A stretch of 64,000 bases of DNA from contig OX597822.1 in NCBI GenBank assembly GCA_951406725.2, positions 88,598,001 through 88,662,000 on the forward strand, given 5' to 3'. Below the pieces are notes generated by a model. That model made no database searches and was not told where the DNA came from. It saw only the letters and a program-made list of their open reading frames with translations. Both the position numbers and the translations under genes were made by a program. Shown here piece after piece: positions 28,464 to 41,638 of this stretch (position 1 is its first letter; each line of letters starts with the position of its first letter). Source of the DNA: Octopus vulgaris. Its lineage: Eukaryota.

Positions 28464-29335
28464 GTATCCTTTTCAACTTACTTTTCACTGTATGTTTGAA
28501 CTCTCACAACAACCACTAAGAAGTGATATCAGTTGTTCTGTATGTCCGTTCTATAATTGTTTAGATGGGTTTATAGATGAGGAAGATTACTAATACATAC
28601 TGCATTAATATAATATATTACTGACACAGTTATTAGAAATTTGTGTGGCTCCTTAGTTAAGTGACTTTTAAGGCCAGTGAAAGCATTGTGAGTAGATTTG
28701 ATAGACAGAATTTGCAAGAAGCTCATGTGTGTGTGTGTAAGACAGTCTACAATTGCCCTCTTATATCCAGACAGTATGTCTAACTGTTTCCTTAATGGCA
28801 TGTCAACTTTGACGGATTCTTGAGCTTATCTCCCCTGCTTATATGGAGCTGTCTCAATTGCCATTTGGTAAATGTTACACATCCTCTCAACACAGAGATA
28901 ATTTTATTAATCAAGAATCTATATTGTATGGTATTTGATATATCTGTACTTGTTTATGTTGGTCATATACATACCTATTTCTTTACTACCCACAAGGGGC
29001 TACACACTGAGGGGACAAACAAGGACAGACAAACAGATTAAGTCGATTATATCGACCTCAGTGCGTAACTGGTACTTAATTTATCGACCACGAAAGGATG
29101 AAAGGCGAAGTCAACCTCAGCGGAATTTGAACTCAGAACGTAACGGCAGACGAAATACGGCTACGCATTTCGCCCGGAGTGCTAATGTTTCTGCCAACTT
29201 GCCGCTTTTTTCTGCCTGGCCAGTCTGAGTTATTTCTCTTAGGTTATTTTTTTTTTTTTTTTTATGTTTGTGTGTGTGTTTATATTTCTTTGTCTTGATA
29301 TCATGTGATGGTTGTAAGTGAACATCACTGTCATA

Positions 29336-30777
29336 CTGGGTGGGCCAGAGAGGATGGACGTTTTTGAAAAATTCACAAAAATCATTAATTTTAGCTGCAA
29401 TCAAATTTTATTGACATCAATGTGTTCGTATTGAATTAGCATTTGTCAAAATCAAGTGTGGAAAACAATGTCCATCATATGGTGTCCATTTTCATTGATG
29501 CATTTCTGAAGGCGTTCTTGGAAGTTGGCTTCCACTCTCTCTAGCATTGTTAATTTGGGTGACTTCCACTTGAATAGCTTCCTTCAAATCATCCAATGTA
29601 TGGGGCTTATGCCAGTGGCACGTAAAAAGCACCCACTACACTCACAGAGTGGTTGGCGTTAGGAAGGGCATCCAGCTGTAGAAACACTGCCAGATCAGAC
29701 TGGAGCCTGGTGCAGCCTTCTGGCTTCCCAGATCCCCGGTCGAACCGTCCAACCCTTGCTAGCATGGAGAATGGACGTTAAACGATGATGATGGTACGCG
29801 CCTTGAGATTTCCCCTCAAGAAATAACCACACATGGACAAACCAGGAGACTGAGGGGACCAAGGAACGTCAGCAAACCTGAAAATGAGGCAGTCACTGAA
29901 GAGAGGGCGAAGAACGTCCATTGATACTCTGGTTGCATGGGCCATCACCCCATCCTGCTGAAAGCACACATCAAATAGGCATACATTTTTGTCATAGTTC
30001 AGGTACAAAGAAGTTGTTTATCATCTCGATGTAATGCTCAGAGTTCACAGTAGCAGCATTTCCATTATTGTCTTCAAAAATGTAAGGACTAATGACGACA
30101 GCTTTTCCAACAGCACACAGACTGTCACCTTTGGGCTTTCGTGCAGTTCTCTCGGATTTTTAAGAGCCCAATAATGACAGTTCTGTTGATTTAGCATGCC
30201 ATTGAGATGAAAATGAGGTTGCCATTTGCCTCTATCTGATGTGTGAAATTAAACCACTGTGCATAGTCTCATAGTTTCAACTATTGCCCAATGACCAATT
30301 AGTATGGGTGGAAATGCAGGTCTTCATGCAAAATACGCCTTAATAATCAATGACCAATGTCAAGTTCAGTGCAATGCCTCCAAGCAGAGTGATTTGGACT
30401 CCATATCAAATTTTGTCTGACACATTCCACATTTTCCGATGTTCATACCATTCATGGCACCCCCACCCGTTTCCTATTCACTAATGTACCTTGTGTATGA
30501 AGTTCATTTACCCAACGTAAGATTGTGTAACTAGTGGGAACAGCCTGATTTCAGTGAATGTTGAAGTGGCACTGAAACTCATGCTGAACTACTATGGTAG
30601 ACTTGTTATTCTTCCTGTAACTGTTGTAGGCAAACACACAATGCCATGGCTTCACCTGAAAAGAAAAGTAAATGCTAAGACACTACAGGCCGAATGGTAC
30701 CTGTCGGACATATGTCCCTCCCACTGGGGCTGAGTAATAGCCATTTCAAAAACGTCCATCATTTCTGCCCCGCCCTG
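29336..30777 (-). mobile_element. Decayed Tc1/mariner transposon with DD41D spacing, interrupted by a SINE at ~29610-29793
   Basis: ~34-bp TIRs (C.GGG.GGG.CAGA..GATGGACGTTTTTGAAA), TA flanks, FQQDG...WSPQSPGLSMCG with 41 residues after the second D (third D mutated to G). Confidence 0.85.
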
Positions 30778-31420
30778 TACAAGACAAATCATTTCTAGTC
30801 TTCTGTAAAACATGTCCAGTCTAGAGGAAATATTACCTTACTTGAAAGCAATTCCATTGTTCATCTTTTCTTATATAAAAGGTTCTACTCCTTTTGAGAT
30901 ATTGTATTATTATTTTATTACTGAGGATGCATGACCTAGTGGTTAGGGTGTTGCACTCATGATCGCTAAATCATGGTTTCAATTCCTAGACCAGATGGTG
31001 CATTGTGTCCTTGAGCAAAACACTCCATCTTATGTTACTCTGCGATCACTTCCACACCTGGCATGTGGTACCCCATGCACCTTTTCAGACAACATCAATT
31101 TGATGGAGGGAGTGAGCTAATGTACATCACATACATTTGATCACTATAAACAAATCCATGTGTGCAAGTCATTCAGCGAAAGCTGAACACTTACATGTCA
31201 TTTTCAACGAGAGAGTTCATCATATTACTAACAGTACTGGTGAAAATTCCACAGCCAATTTTATGGTACAGCGTCATCCATAGACATCTTGTCATTTCCT
31301 TCATAATCCTTTGATTAATTTCTTGGAAGTCTTGTCTATTCTTATTGGTTGTATTTTCTCTTCTAGCTTGGTTTCTCACAGGTTTTAGAAGCAACGTAAT
31401 ATATATATATATATATATAT

Positions 31421-31604
31421 ATAAGAGGGATGACCACTGAGTGGACATCCATTATGCTAGAATTAGGCACCCCCATGGTCCCACCACTAAGAAAGGATTG
31501 TTCTCAAGAAAATTTTCTTGAGAACAATCCTTTCTTAGTGGTGGGACCATGGGGGAGTCTACTTCTAGCATAATGGATGTCCATTTAGTGGTCATCCCTC
31601 TTAT
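31421..31604. repeat. 184-bp spacerless palindrome next to (TA)n
   Basis: Arms mirror about 31512/31513 with few mismatches. Confidence 0.95.
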
Positions 31605-31946
31605 ATGTATGTAATATAATTTTTCTGAATCTTCAGATTTTTCAGTATGCTAGACCACTGGTTTTAAATTAATGTTAATCAAATTAATATTCAATTTTTC
31701 ACCCTTGTTGTTTGGGATTTATATATATATATATATATATATATAAGGCCTTTGCTGTCCACTCAAGAAAACACTTAGTAAATGATCTAGAAGCATTCAA
31801 GTAAATTGAGTCCTTAACTTGTACCATTTGCCAAAAGGTTTGCAAGGCACCAGCAGGCCTCAAGAGACACATTTGTGTCCATAGAAAATGATTAACACTT
31901 TATTTTACTGAACCCTCATTTATCATTTATGACAAGAGAATCCATC

Positions 31947-32020
<74 letters not shown>

Positions 32021-32097
32021 TAAGTTGTAATACTGAAATCAAACCGAATAATATTTTGAAATCTGTTAATACGTACATTTCAGGTTTGCATAATATA

Positions 32098-32807
32098 CAG
32101 TGTCCATAAAGTCTCTTTACAATTCAAAAAAATTATTACAAAGGCAGTTGATGAGATATTTTAACCAGATTTGTTTTATTTTAATAATTGTTTATTAAAG
32201 ATATTATTGATATTGAATGTGTGATGTGGAATCATGTGCAATCAATTAATTGGTCCATTTTTCTTCAACGAGGCAACAATTACTGCAGATGTTTACCTCG
32301 ACCTTCTGACCGAATATGTGGCACCACAACTGATTGATTTACAACCAACCATCATTTTCCAGCAAGATGGTGCACCACCACATTGGGGACGGCATGTTCG
32401 TCAGTTCCTCAATCAAACATTTCCAGACCGATGGATTGGAAGGGATGGGCCAATTCCATGGCCAATGCATTCGCCAGATATCACTCCCTTGGACTTCGTT
32501 TTTTGGGGTTATGTAAAAGATATCGTGTATCAAACAAAGATACAGGACATCGCTGACTTGAAGCAAAGGATTTGTAATGCCATTGCCACCGTTGATGAGG
32601 CTATCCTACAGCGAACATGGCAAGAAATCGAGTACCATCTTGATGTGCTTCGCGCAACTAATGGTGCCCATATTGAGGTCTATTAAATAACAGTTAAAAA
32701 AACTTTAATAAACAATTATTACAATAAAACAAATCTGTTTATGATATCTTGTCAACTGCCTTTGTAATTAAATTTTAAGATTGTAAAGAAACTTTATGGA
32801 CACCCTG
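32098..32807 (+). mobile_element. Internally deleted DD41D (rosa/Visitor-type) Tc1/mariner transposon
   Basis: ~100-bp TIRs starting CAG(GG)TGTCCATAAAGT, TA target duplication; ORF 32234-32686 FQQDGAPPH-...-SPDITPLDF, 41 residues between the Ds. Confidence 0.92.
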
Positions 32808-33236
32808 TATAATAAGGAAATGCATCCATTATGCAAACCTTGTTTTTACTGTGGAAAGTTTACATAATGGATGCATTTCCAATTATATGTTACACAAACC
32901 TGAAACATACATATTAAGTGATTTCTAAATATCACTATTTGGTTTCACTTCATTATTGTAACTTAGATGACTCAATGCTAGTCTTGATTCCACTTATGTG
33001 GATACTCTAACAATGATTTGGAGTAGTTTGTTATATTTGACTTGTACCATTCACCAGTTCTTAGAGTAACCCGAAATACATACATTTATATACACGCACA
33101 CACACTCTAGCATATTCTGTTCTTGTTCATTTTACTCTTAATATCTTCATCATATAAATTAATTATATCTGTGTTGTTGACCTTTCCTGTGAATTAGGAC
33201 CCTACCCAGTTGTTTGTCTTTAACTTTTTTGTACAG

Positions 33237-33296
33237 ATTATATCATTGAAAAAGAACCTTTAGTTAACAGGTTTATTTCAGTTCCTAAGGATAAAG
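33237..33296 (+). CDS. TRAPPC5: TRAPPC5 coding exon 5 (YYIIEKEPLVNRFISVPKDK)
   Basis: gtacag acceptor, GTAAGA donor; phase 1 on both sides; conserved YIIE.EPL.N..ISVPK motif. Confidence 0.95.
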
Positions 33297-35650
33297 GTAA
33301 GAATTTCTTTTGTCTTTAATCTCTCTCTCTCACACACACACACACACAACTGAGTAAGAAGACAGCATAAATGAGATACAGTTCAGTTTTTTGTCAGAAA
33401 GAGGTATTATCAGTGCCCTCTTCCTAGTGAGACAAATGCAGAAGTACTTAATTAGAAATAAGCCACTCTGCCTCACATTCATCAGTATATAGAAGGCTTT
33501 TTGATAGGGTACTATGCCTGTTAACTGGTGGTGGCTAAGAAACTTAGGAGTAGATGAATAACTTGTATGGTTAAGCAAGCTACATGTGGATAAATAACCA
33601 GCAACTTGAGTGAATTTGGTAGAAAAAAGTTGTGCAGAAGCCTGTTATGTAAGTGTGTTTGTGTGTCTTTGTTAGTCCACCACACTGTAACTTAGCAGTT
33701 CATCAAAAGAAATCAATAGAATAAGTACCAGACGCAGTTTGTTTAAACTAAGCCCGTCAAGACAGCTCCAGTATGGCCACAGTCTTATAACTAAAATAAA
33801 TAAAGAATAAAAGATGAAATTTTGATGGAAGGTTTTAATTTAGACTAGCGGGATCCATGAATATTTCACAAAATTAATGGTAAACCTGTTGGGTTATTTC
33901 TAAAAACTCTATCCAAAAAACCTGAAAGCATAGCCTGTGTTGTGTCTGTATGGAAAGATACTCACTCATTTGCTACTCATTGAAAAATGAAAGAAATTGG
34001 AACATGATGATTACTTAATACACTTTATATACCCATTACACTCTTGGAGTGGCTGGCGTTCGGAAGGGTATCCAGCCATAGAAAATCATGCCAAATCAGA
34101 CTGGATCCTGGCGCAGCATGCCAGCCCAGTCAAACCATCCAACCCATGCCAGCATGGACGACGGATGTTAAATGATGGTGATACTTTATGCACAATTTTA
34201 TAGACTTAACACACAGCACTCATAAAATATTCACTCTTATTTTTCCATTTTTCCCATAAACAAAAAAAAAAAATATCCCGTACATATGATACAACCTTTA
34301 ATTAAATTGTATGTATCTGCCATGTAAATAAGCAGGAATATTCCACAGAATTGCACTTTGCACATGCATTAAGTGATAGGTGATATAAAAAAAATACACT
34401 TTTCACTATGCACTCATCACCATCTCTCTCCCCCTCTCTTTCTCTGCCTTTCTTTAACCTCACCATCAGAAAATCACCCTTATGCTAAAATTGGATTTTT
34501 AACTCTCCTCCTCTATATCACTTTTTTAACAACATGATGAATATTACGTTCCCCCTACCTTGCATCACAGATACTTCTCTCTCCCTATCTCAGTCTTCGC
34601 CTTACGCTCCTTTTCTCTCTCCTCTCTTTCCCTTCAACCAATCACATGAAAGTGTTACAATTACATTCCCTCTACCTCATGTCATGGATGCTTCTCTCTC
34701 CCTCCTTTTCACTTTCTTTCTCTCTCTTTTTCTCTAATCATGTGAAAGTGTTACTGGTGGGCTAAGTATTGTTAAGTTAAGTTAATTTTTTTGGCTCAAA
34801 AAGCAAAAAGCAAGGCCATGTAGGGGGACATGGAGTTATGTACAGGGTGGTGTTCATGCAAAGAGTTCAGGCCATTTCTGGTCAAGAGAGACTTTGAACC
34901 GTAATGACAAGTGGAATTATTTATGACTTTAACCATTTTGTTTACATATTTCTGATGAAATACACTGCCTTTGTTTCAATTAATTTTGAAAGAATTTATT
35001 AAAATAACTTTGTCATTATTAAGCTAGCATTTGGAATATAAATTAATATGAAATTTTGATGGAAGCTTTTCTTAAATCAAAAAGTTTGATTCATAAAGGC
35101 AGGTTGGTGTCAAAAGTCATGTGATTAGTGTTATAAACTATAATATTCTCTTATTGATTCTTTTCTATAATAGTAAGTAGCACATGAAATATAGAAATCT
35201 TATTTTGAATTGAGCATGAAAGTGCAGCACAGTGTCAAATGATGTTGATGGATGGATACTGTCTTTACCTAATATAAAACATGCCTTAATCATTGGACAG
35301 CCATGATCAATGGATTAGATGGCAAGTAGAACAAAGTTTGAATAAAATCATTGTTTAGCCTAATCAAAAGAGGGCTTTTATTCAAACTATGTTCTGCTTG
35401 CTCTCTAATCCATTGATCATGGCTATCCAACAATTAAGACAGACAGCATCCATCCATCAACATCATTCATCACTGCACCACACTCTCATACTGAATTCAA
35501 AAGATGATTTCTATATTTTTATCTGCTGTTATTATAGAAAAGAATTAATAAGAGAATATTATAGGTTTACAACATACAGTACGGTAAATGGCTATATTAC
35601 ACACATTTATTTAATACACATAACTGTCTTCTTGTTTTCCCTGACATCAG

Positions 35651-35715
35651 GTAGTTTGAACTGCGCGGCATTTACAGCTGGAATTCTGGAAGCAATACTA
35701 ATTGGAGCAAATTTT
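35651..35715 (+). CDS. TRAPPC5: TRAPPC5 coding exon 6 (GSLNCAAFTAGILEAILIGANF)
   Basis: catcag acceptor, GTGAGT donor; conserved LNCA.FTAGI.EA.L motif. Confidence 0.95.
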
Positions 35716-36909
35716 GTGAGTACTATTTGATTTATCTGGCTTAGCATTTTTATAAATTAACAGATTTTGTTTCCAAATATTCCTGAACACATATGCTAAA
35801 CAAATACACACTATATTTAATGTGTATTTGTTTAGCTGTGATTTTCTCTCTCTATAAGATAGTGGAAGTTTAGCAACAAAAAGGTTGCCTGAAAAAAATA
35901 TTCATCTACAGTTTAAATACAATAAACAGAAAAAACTAATTAGCAGAAATTGCTACTTAGTTAGTTATTATTCAGTTTTTGACTAGAAACCTGATAATAG
36001 CTGCATTATTTAATTGGTTCTGTTGAGATATATATTATATATCATCATTGTTTATACATCTACTTCTATTCAGTATGGTTGGACAAGACTTGCTGAGGCA
36101 GTGTTCTACAGCCTGATATTCTTGCTGTCAACAACCCTCACTTGTTTCCAAGGCAGATAGTATTTCCCCCATGCCCAGATATGTTTTTACAAAATATTGG
36201 AAATGAATGACACTGCTTGTATGACAATCATTTACATCTATTGCACAGTCAAGACAGAGACGCAAACACACACACACACACATTATATGTATATATAATC
36301 TTCATTTAGCATCAGCGTCCCATGCTGGCATGGGTTAGATAGTTTTGACTGAAACTGATAAACTGGAGAGCTGCACCAAGTTCCAGTCTGATTTAATATG
36401 GTATCTATGGTTGGATGCTCTTCCTAACACCAACCACTCCAAGAGTGTAGTCCTTTTTACGTGCCACCAGCACAGGTGCCAGTTATGTGAACCGGCATCA
36501 GCCACAATTTCAATTTCACTTGGCTTGATGAATCTTCTCAAGCACAGCATATTGCCAATGGTCTCAATATATATATATATATATATACACACACATATAT
36601 ACACATGTTTATGGGACATGTAAATGACACATCATTGATTGAATGATGCCAGTGTGAAAACATGCAAACACACATATTTCAGTAAGCTTACTGTCTACAA
36701 AATTTCATTAACAAGGTATTAGTCAGCCCAAAGTTATAGTGGAAGACACTTGTCCAAAGCCCTATGCAGTGAAATGGAACCTGAATCCAGATGATTTCAA
36801 AGCAAACCCTAACCACACAGCCATACCTGGTGATGATGATGATAATATATTTGTAGAATTCCACCTGTTCAAATTTTCAAAGTTGGTTATTTTTATCTTT
36901 GATTTTCAG

Positions 36910-37008
36910 CCTGCCAAAGTGACTGTCCACTGGCACAAAGGAACCACTTTCATGATCAAGTTTGATGAATCAGTAATTGTCCGTGACAAAATGGTTGAAG
37001 GAAAATGA
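36910..37008 (+). CDS. TRAPPC5: TRAPPC5 last coding exon (PAKVTVHWHKGTTFMIKFDESVIVRDKMVEGK*)
   Basis: tttcag acceptor, TGA stop; conserved PAKVT.HWHKGTT.MIKF motif; total CDS 561 nt = 186 aa. Confidence 0.95.
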   Translation, partial: PAKVTVHWHKGTTFMIKFDESVIVRDKMVEGK

Positions 37009-38395
37009 GAAGAGAACTTCAAATAATTTTGTTAATAGAAGAAACTTTGTATGAGAAAAGTGTGTGTGTGTATGTGTATTCTGTATGAACCAGAACAAAA
37101 AAAAAAAAGCTTATTTTAATGTAAATTACTGATATTTAAACTATAATTTAATGGTTTTGTTCCTTTTGTTGTTGTTTATTATTTTGTAGACAATCATTAT
37201 TTCCAAATAATACTAAAACCATTCCGAAATAATTTCAACTTTTTAGTTACGTCTTCTGTGGACAAGTTTAGAATAAGCTGGTTTTTTTGTTGGTTTTTTT
37301 GTTTTTAAATGGATGTTATTGTTATAGATGGACATTAAATTCTAGTCTTTGAATTAGTTTCTATCTCTCTCTCATTCTATGAGACATTTTTTATTTATAC
37401 TGCAAAAAAGCCAACATTAATGTCAGACATTATTTAGCTCAGAGATCAAACACATCAATATCTTTTAACCCTTTTGTAACCATATTTCTGTTCAAATACA
37501 ATTAATTTTGAAAATAATGAAGAATAACTTGGTCATTATTAAGCTAGTGTTTGGAATATAAGTTAGATGAAATTTTGAAGGAAGGTTTAAATCTAAATCA
37601 CTTTAAACAAAGAAGTTTGTATCATGGGACCAAGAGCAATCCCATGTCTGTTGGTATCAAAAGACTAATCCAGTAATGTCATCATTTATAGTATCAGTTA
37701 TGCAACTACCATCCCTAAACAGAGCCATTGCTGGTAAACTGAAAACATTAGGGTGTCAGTTTTACATACTGAAGAATCAACAGTTTATATCCTATCACAA
37801 ATCCAACACTTGTGTTCAAAGCAAAGACACACAGTTTCCATATATCTTCACTTCTTTACATACCTGGGTCACTGTAACTTACTTTTTTGTGTGTGTGTGT
37901 GTGCTGAGCTCATATCTTTAACATAAGCTTGTCATAACAATCCTTTTCAGTGTCTCTGGAACAATTGATATATAAATCTCTAGAATACACGACATGCAGC
38001 ACCATCAATAAGAACTATAATAATCAAAGATAAAACTAAAAGACTTGAAAATACTTGTACACGCTCAAATTAAAAAAAAATATATATCAAACAGGCAAAG
38101 ATCCATTATATTATGAAAATCCAAAGCTTTCGTTAACTTTTCTTTTTCTCTGAACAAATTTTACTGTCCTGTTCATGTTCCAACATGTCTGTTAAATATC
38201 TGTATTTAATATTAAAATTACATTTTTAAGCAATTTGTAACTGCTTTGTTTAAATGTCTGCGGTGAATTACAAATACAATTATAACATTTTGGACTATTA
38301 ACCCTATGTATATGTGTCAGTGACTTAGTGAATAAGAGAGTTAGTCTTTCTTTTAGCAATAACAGTTCCTATTCTGAATGTTGTCAGCCATATAT

Positions 38396-38512
38396 ATCCA
38401 TGTCCATCAACAAATCCCAAGGCCAAACACTATCAGTGGTGGGCATCCATTTTGGAGAGCTGTGCTTTTCACATGGGCAACTTTATGTGTCCTGCTCCCA
38501 TGTGGGGAGGAG
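38396..38512 (+). mobile_element. Isolated Helitron/PIF1 helicase fragment
   Basis: MSINKSQGQTLSVVG...CFSHGQLYVSCSHV, the terminal PIF1 helicase motifs. Confidence 0.8.
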
Positions 38513-39339
38513 AAACACTATATGGAAACCCATCAGAGTGACTGTTCCTATTTCTGAATAATAGACAATGTATCATCTGGTTTAACACCATCACCTACTT
38601 TGGGATACCTTTAGTGAAGGCCACTCTGCTGGAAGTTCTCCAGTTTAAGGATATCTTCCAAGTCTTGAATGTTTTGTAAAGGGTCATGGGTACCTATCAT
38701 ACCTTCTCTGCCAACCTATGTATTGATTTCAGACAAACAGACAGACAATGAACTATGTTTTTTCAACTCAATGTTATAAAATATAAATTCTGAAAAGAAG
38801 TTTTGAATATTATCAACATTTTCTTTTATTCTTCCAGTGCATCTATTAGTTTCCTATGAAATTGATGCTAAATTTAACAAACAATAGGCAGCAGTTGATA
38901 AAATGTTTCACCTCTGAACTGCTGTTGAAATGTCTTTGCTAGTCATGTTCAAGCAGATATTTCATTGTTAGGTTCCTTTCTTCCGGCTTTCCTCATTCAT
39001 CACAATATTAACATCATATGAAGACATTATTATGCAATGAAATAATACACAATATTCGTTTGAAAGAAATTCAACAATTTTCTGAATTTTTTTCTTTTTT
39101 ATGTTTTCCTTTTAAAGTTTCAATTAAGAGAACCATGGCAGCATTAAGTTTTACTAAGTCTGTAAATCCTTCACTTTCCAAAAGAGGCAGTGAAACAAGA
39201 TTAAAATTAGATAAACAAGAGGAATAAAAATCAGATTTTACAGCCTTTTTAAAAAAAAAAACTGTTTGAACCAAAAGAAGAGATAAATACAAGTGATGAT
39301 TACATTTGCAGTCAGTTTCTAAAATCACTGGTTGGAGTT

Positions 39340-39459
39340 TCATGGTTTTGGAATCACTTTAGCTTCAAGCATTTGCTCTTTTTCTAATTCATATTCTTGT
39401 TGTTGTGCTCGCTGGAGTTCTTCTTTCTGCTTCTGTTGCTGCAGCCGTAATGCACGTTT
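39340..39459 (-). CDS. BLOC1S6: BLOC1S6 last coding exon (KRALRLQQQKQKEELQRAQQQEYELEKEQMLEAKVIPKP*)
   Basis: tttcag acceptor, TGA stop; matches pallidin C-terminus KRAL.LQQ..QKEEL. Confidence 0.92.
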   Translation of the reverse strand, partial: KRALRLQQQKQKEELQRAQQQEYELEKEQMLEAKVIPKP

Positions 39460-39696
39460 CTGAAAGTTAAAAGAGGAATTTAATTACAACCAAAATTTCA
39501 GATGGACACAGGTTCGTGTGTCATATAGCTAGCTAGAGGCGATGGCCTCTTGGAGCTAATCAGTGACAGCTTTAGTCTTATATTTATGGACTGCCATATT
39601 AGTTTGGCGATAACTATTAATATCCAGTAACGCTGCCGTAATCTCCTTTAGAGAGACTTAGTAATTTTAATATTTCTATTATATATACACATATAT

Positions 39697-40095
39697 ATCA
39701 TCATCATCATTTAGCGTCCGTTCTCCATGCTAGCATGGGTTGGACGGTTCAACTGGGGTCTGTGAAGCTGGAAGGCTTCATCAGGCCCAGTCAGATCTGG
39801 CAGTGTTTCTACAGCTGGATGCCCTTCCTAATGCCAACCACTCCGTGAGTGTAGTGGGTGCTTTTTACGTGCCACCCGCACAGGTGCCAGACAGAGCTGG
39901 CAAACGGACACGAACGGATGGTGCTTTTACGTGTCACCGGCACGGGGGCCAGGCGAGGCTGGCAACGGACACGAACATGGTGCTTTTACGTGCCACCAAC
40001 ACGGGGGCCAGACAGAGCTGGCAAACGGCCATGAAACGGATGGTGCTTTTACGTGTCACCGGCACGGGGGCCAGGTGAGGCTGGCAACGGACAGG
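39697..40095 (-). mobile_element. SINE family D with (GAT)n tail and internal ~60-bp tandem units
   Basis: Copies near 24873, 29610, 34040, 36310, 49848, 50385, 53052, 56170; shared CTACAGCTGGATGCCCTTCCTAA.GCCAACCACTCC core. Confidence 0.85.
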
Positions 40096-40429
40096 AACGT
40101 GTGTGTGTATGTGTGCATGTGCATGAAAGAGAGAGAGTAAAGGTGTGTTATCATGTAAATGTAAGTGGAATTCACTTGGTCTCACTCTGTCTCACATACA
40201 CAATCTTCCATATACACATACATCATTTTTGTGTGCATGTGAGAGAGAGAGAGAGTGAGTGATTGCATTTTGTCATAGCATATAGAGAAATAGGTATCTT
40301 TTAAGGTACACACTATATAGAAAATGTGACATTGCCATTGCAGTTTATGATAGGTGACTTATAGAAAAGATTATAATGTAAAATTTTTGTAATGCAAATA
40401 TCTGAAAATAAAGTTTATCTGATAGTTGA

Positions 40430-41150
40430 AAGATTACTGAAGGAGCACATTCAGCATATTTTGCTTTATGAGTTTAATAAAGGCAATAACGCGGTGGAAA
40501 GTGCAAGGAATATTAATGCAGTATATGGGGATTGGACAATAAATGTAAGCCAGTGTCAATGGTGGCTCCAGAAATTCTGAGCCAGAAACTACAGCCTAGA
40601 AGATGAGCCTCATTCTGGAAGATCTGTAGAGGTCGACAAAGACATCCTGCAAAGCCTGGTGCAACAAAATCTCATTGTAACTGTTGGGGAACTAGTAGAG
40701 TAGCTTGGATTTGGTCGTTCAACCATTCATCGACACAATGCATGCCATCGGAAAATGACCATTTTTGGTTTCAGGACGGAAGGTGATCTTCCATCAGGAT
40801 AATGCTCAGCCACATACAGTGAGGATGACATTCCAAAGGTGAGAGCAATTTGAATGGGAACAATGCCCCACCCACCATATTCGCCGGACATTGCCCCCAT
40901 CTGATTATCATTTATTCGACAGACTTCAAAATCATTTCAATGGAAAAAATATGAATTCTGTTGACGAGATCAGAACAGTACTGCAATACGGTCAAGTGAA
41001 TTTTAAGGAGTTATGCAAGTCTACCAGACAGATAGAAGAGCATTGTAGGAAATGAAGGAGAGTATATTTTTGATTAAAAAAGAACTTTGTTTATCTTAAT
41101 TCCAAAAAATAAAGGAAGTATAAAAAACCACATTATTCATGGGATGATCA
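40430..41150 (+). mobile_element. Decayed mariner (Mos1-like) transposase remnant
   Basis: HIQHILLYEFNKG...AVESARNINAVYG...CQWWLQKF helix-turn-helix; FHQDNAQPH; PHPPYSPDIAP; 3' TIR-like sequence ~41123-41150. Confidence 0.85.
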
Positions 41151-41507
41151 TATATATATATACATATGTATACATACACGTATATATATGTATATACACA
41201 TATATTTATATATCTATAAATATTTATATACATATAGATATATATACAGGGTATGTATTATACTTCATTAATTACTTCCTACTTTAGTTAATACTTAGAT
41301 TTATTAAATACTAGCAGAGATATCCAGCATTGCTCAGGAGTGAAATGGCATATTTGTTTATTGTTATCTTTTACTTGTTTAAAATATTTAACTGTGGCGT
41401 TACTGGAGCATTGCCTTTAGTCAAACGAATTGACCCCAAGTACTCATTCTATCGTGAAAGCTGCTAATTTATGGGGGCATAAAGATACCAACATTAGTTG
41501 GCAAGCA

Positions 41508-41544
<37 letters not shown>

Positions 41545-41638
41545 CATACATACACATATATATATATGTATATCAATATAAAGTACATGAAGTTTGGTAA
41601 AAAAAGGGGATCATGTGCATACCTCCTGGCTGTTGTGA

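Larger units (their letters stand above)
28464..33236 (+). other. U12-type (minor spliceosome) GT-AG intron in TRAPPC5
   Basis: 5' splice site GTATCCTTTT; branch-site-like TCTTTAAC at 33217-33224, branch A 13 nt from the 3' splice site. Confidence 0.88.

Noticed and set aside
39856-40095. CRISPR-like repeat-spacer pattern
   Set aside because: The spacers are similar to each other, the array lies inside a SINE, the context is eukaryotic and no cas genes are present
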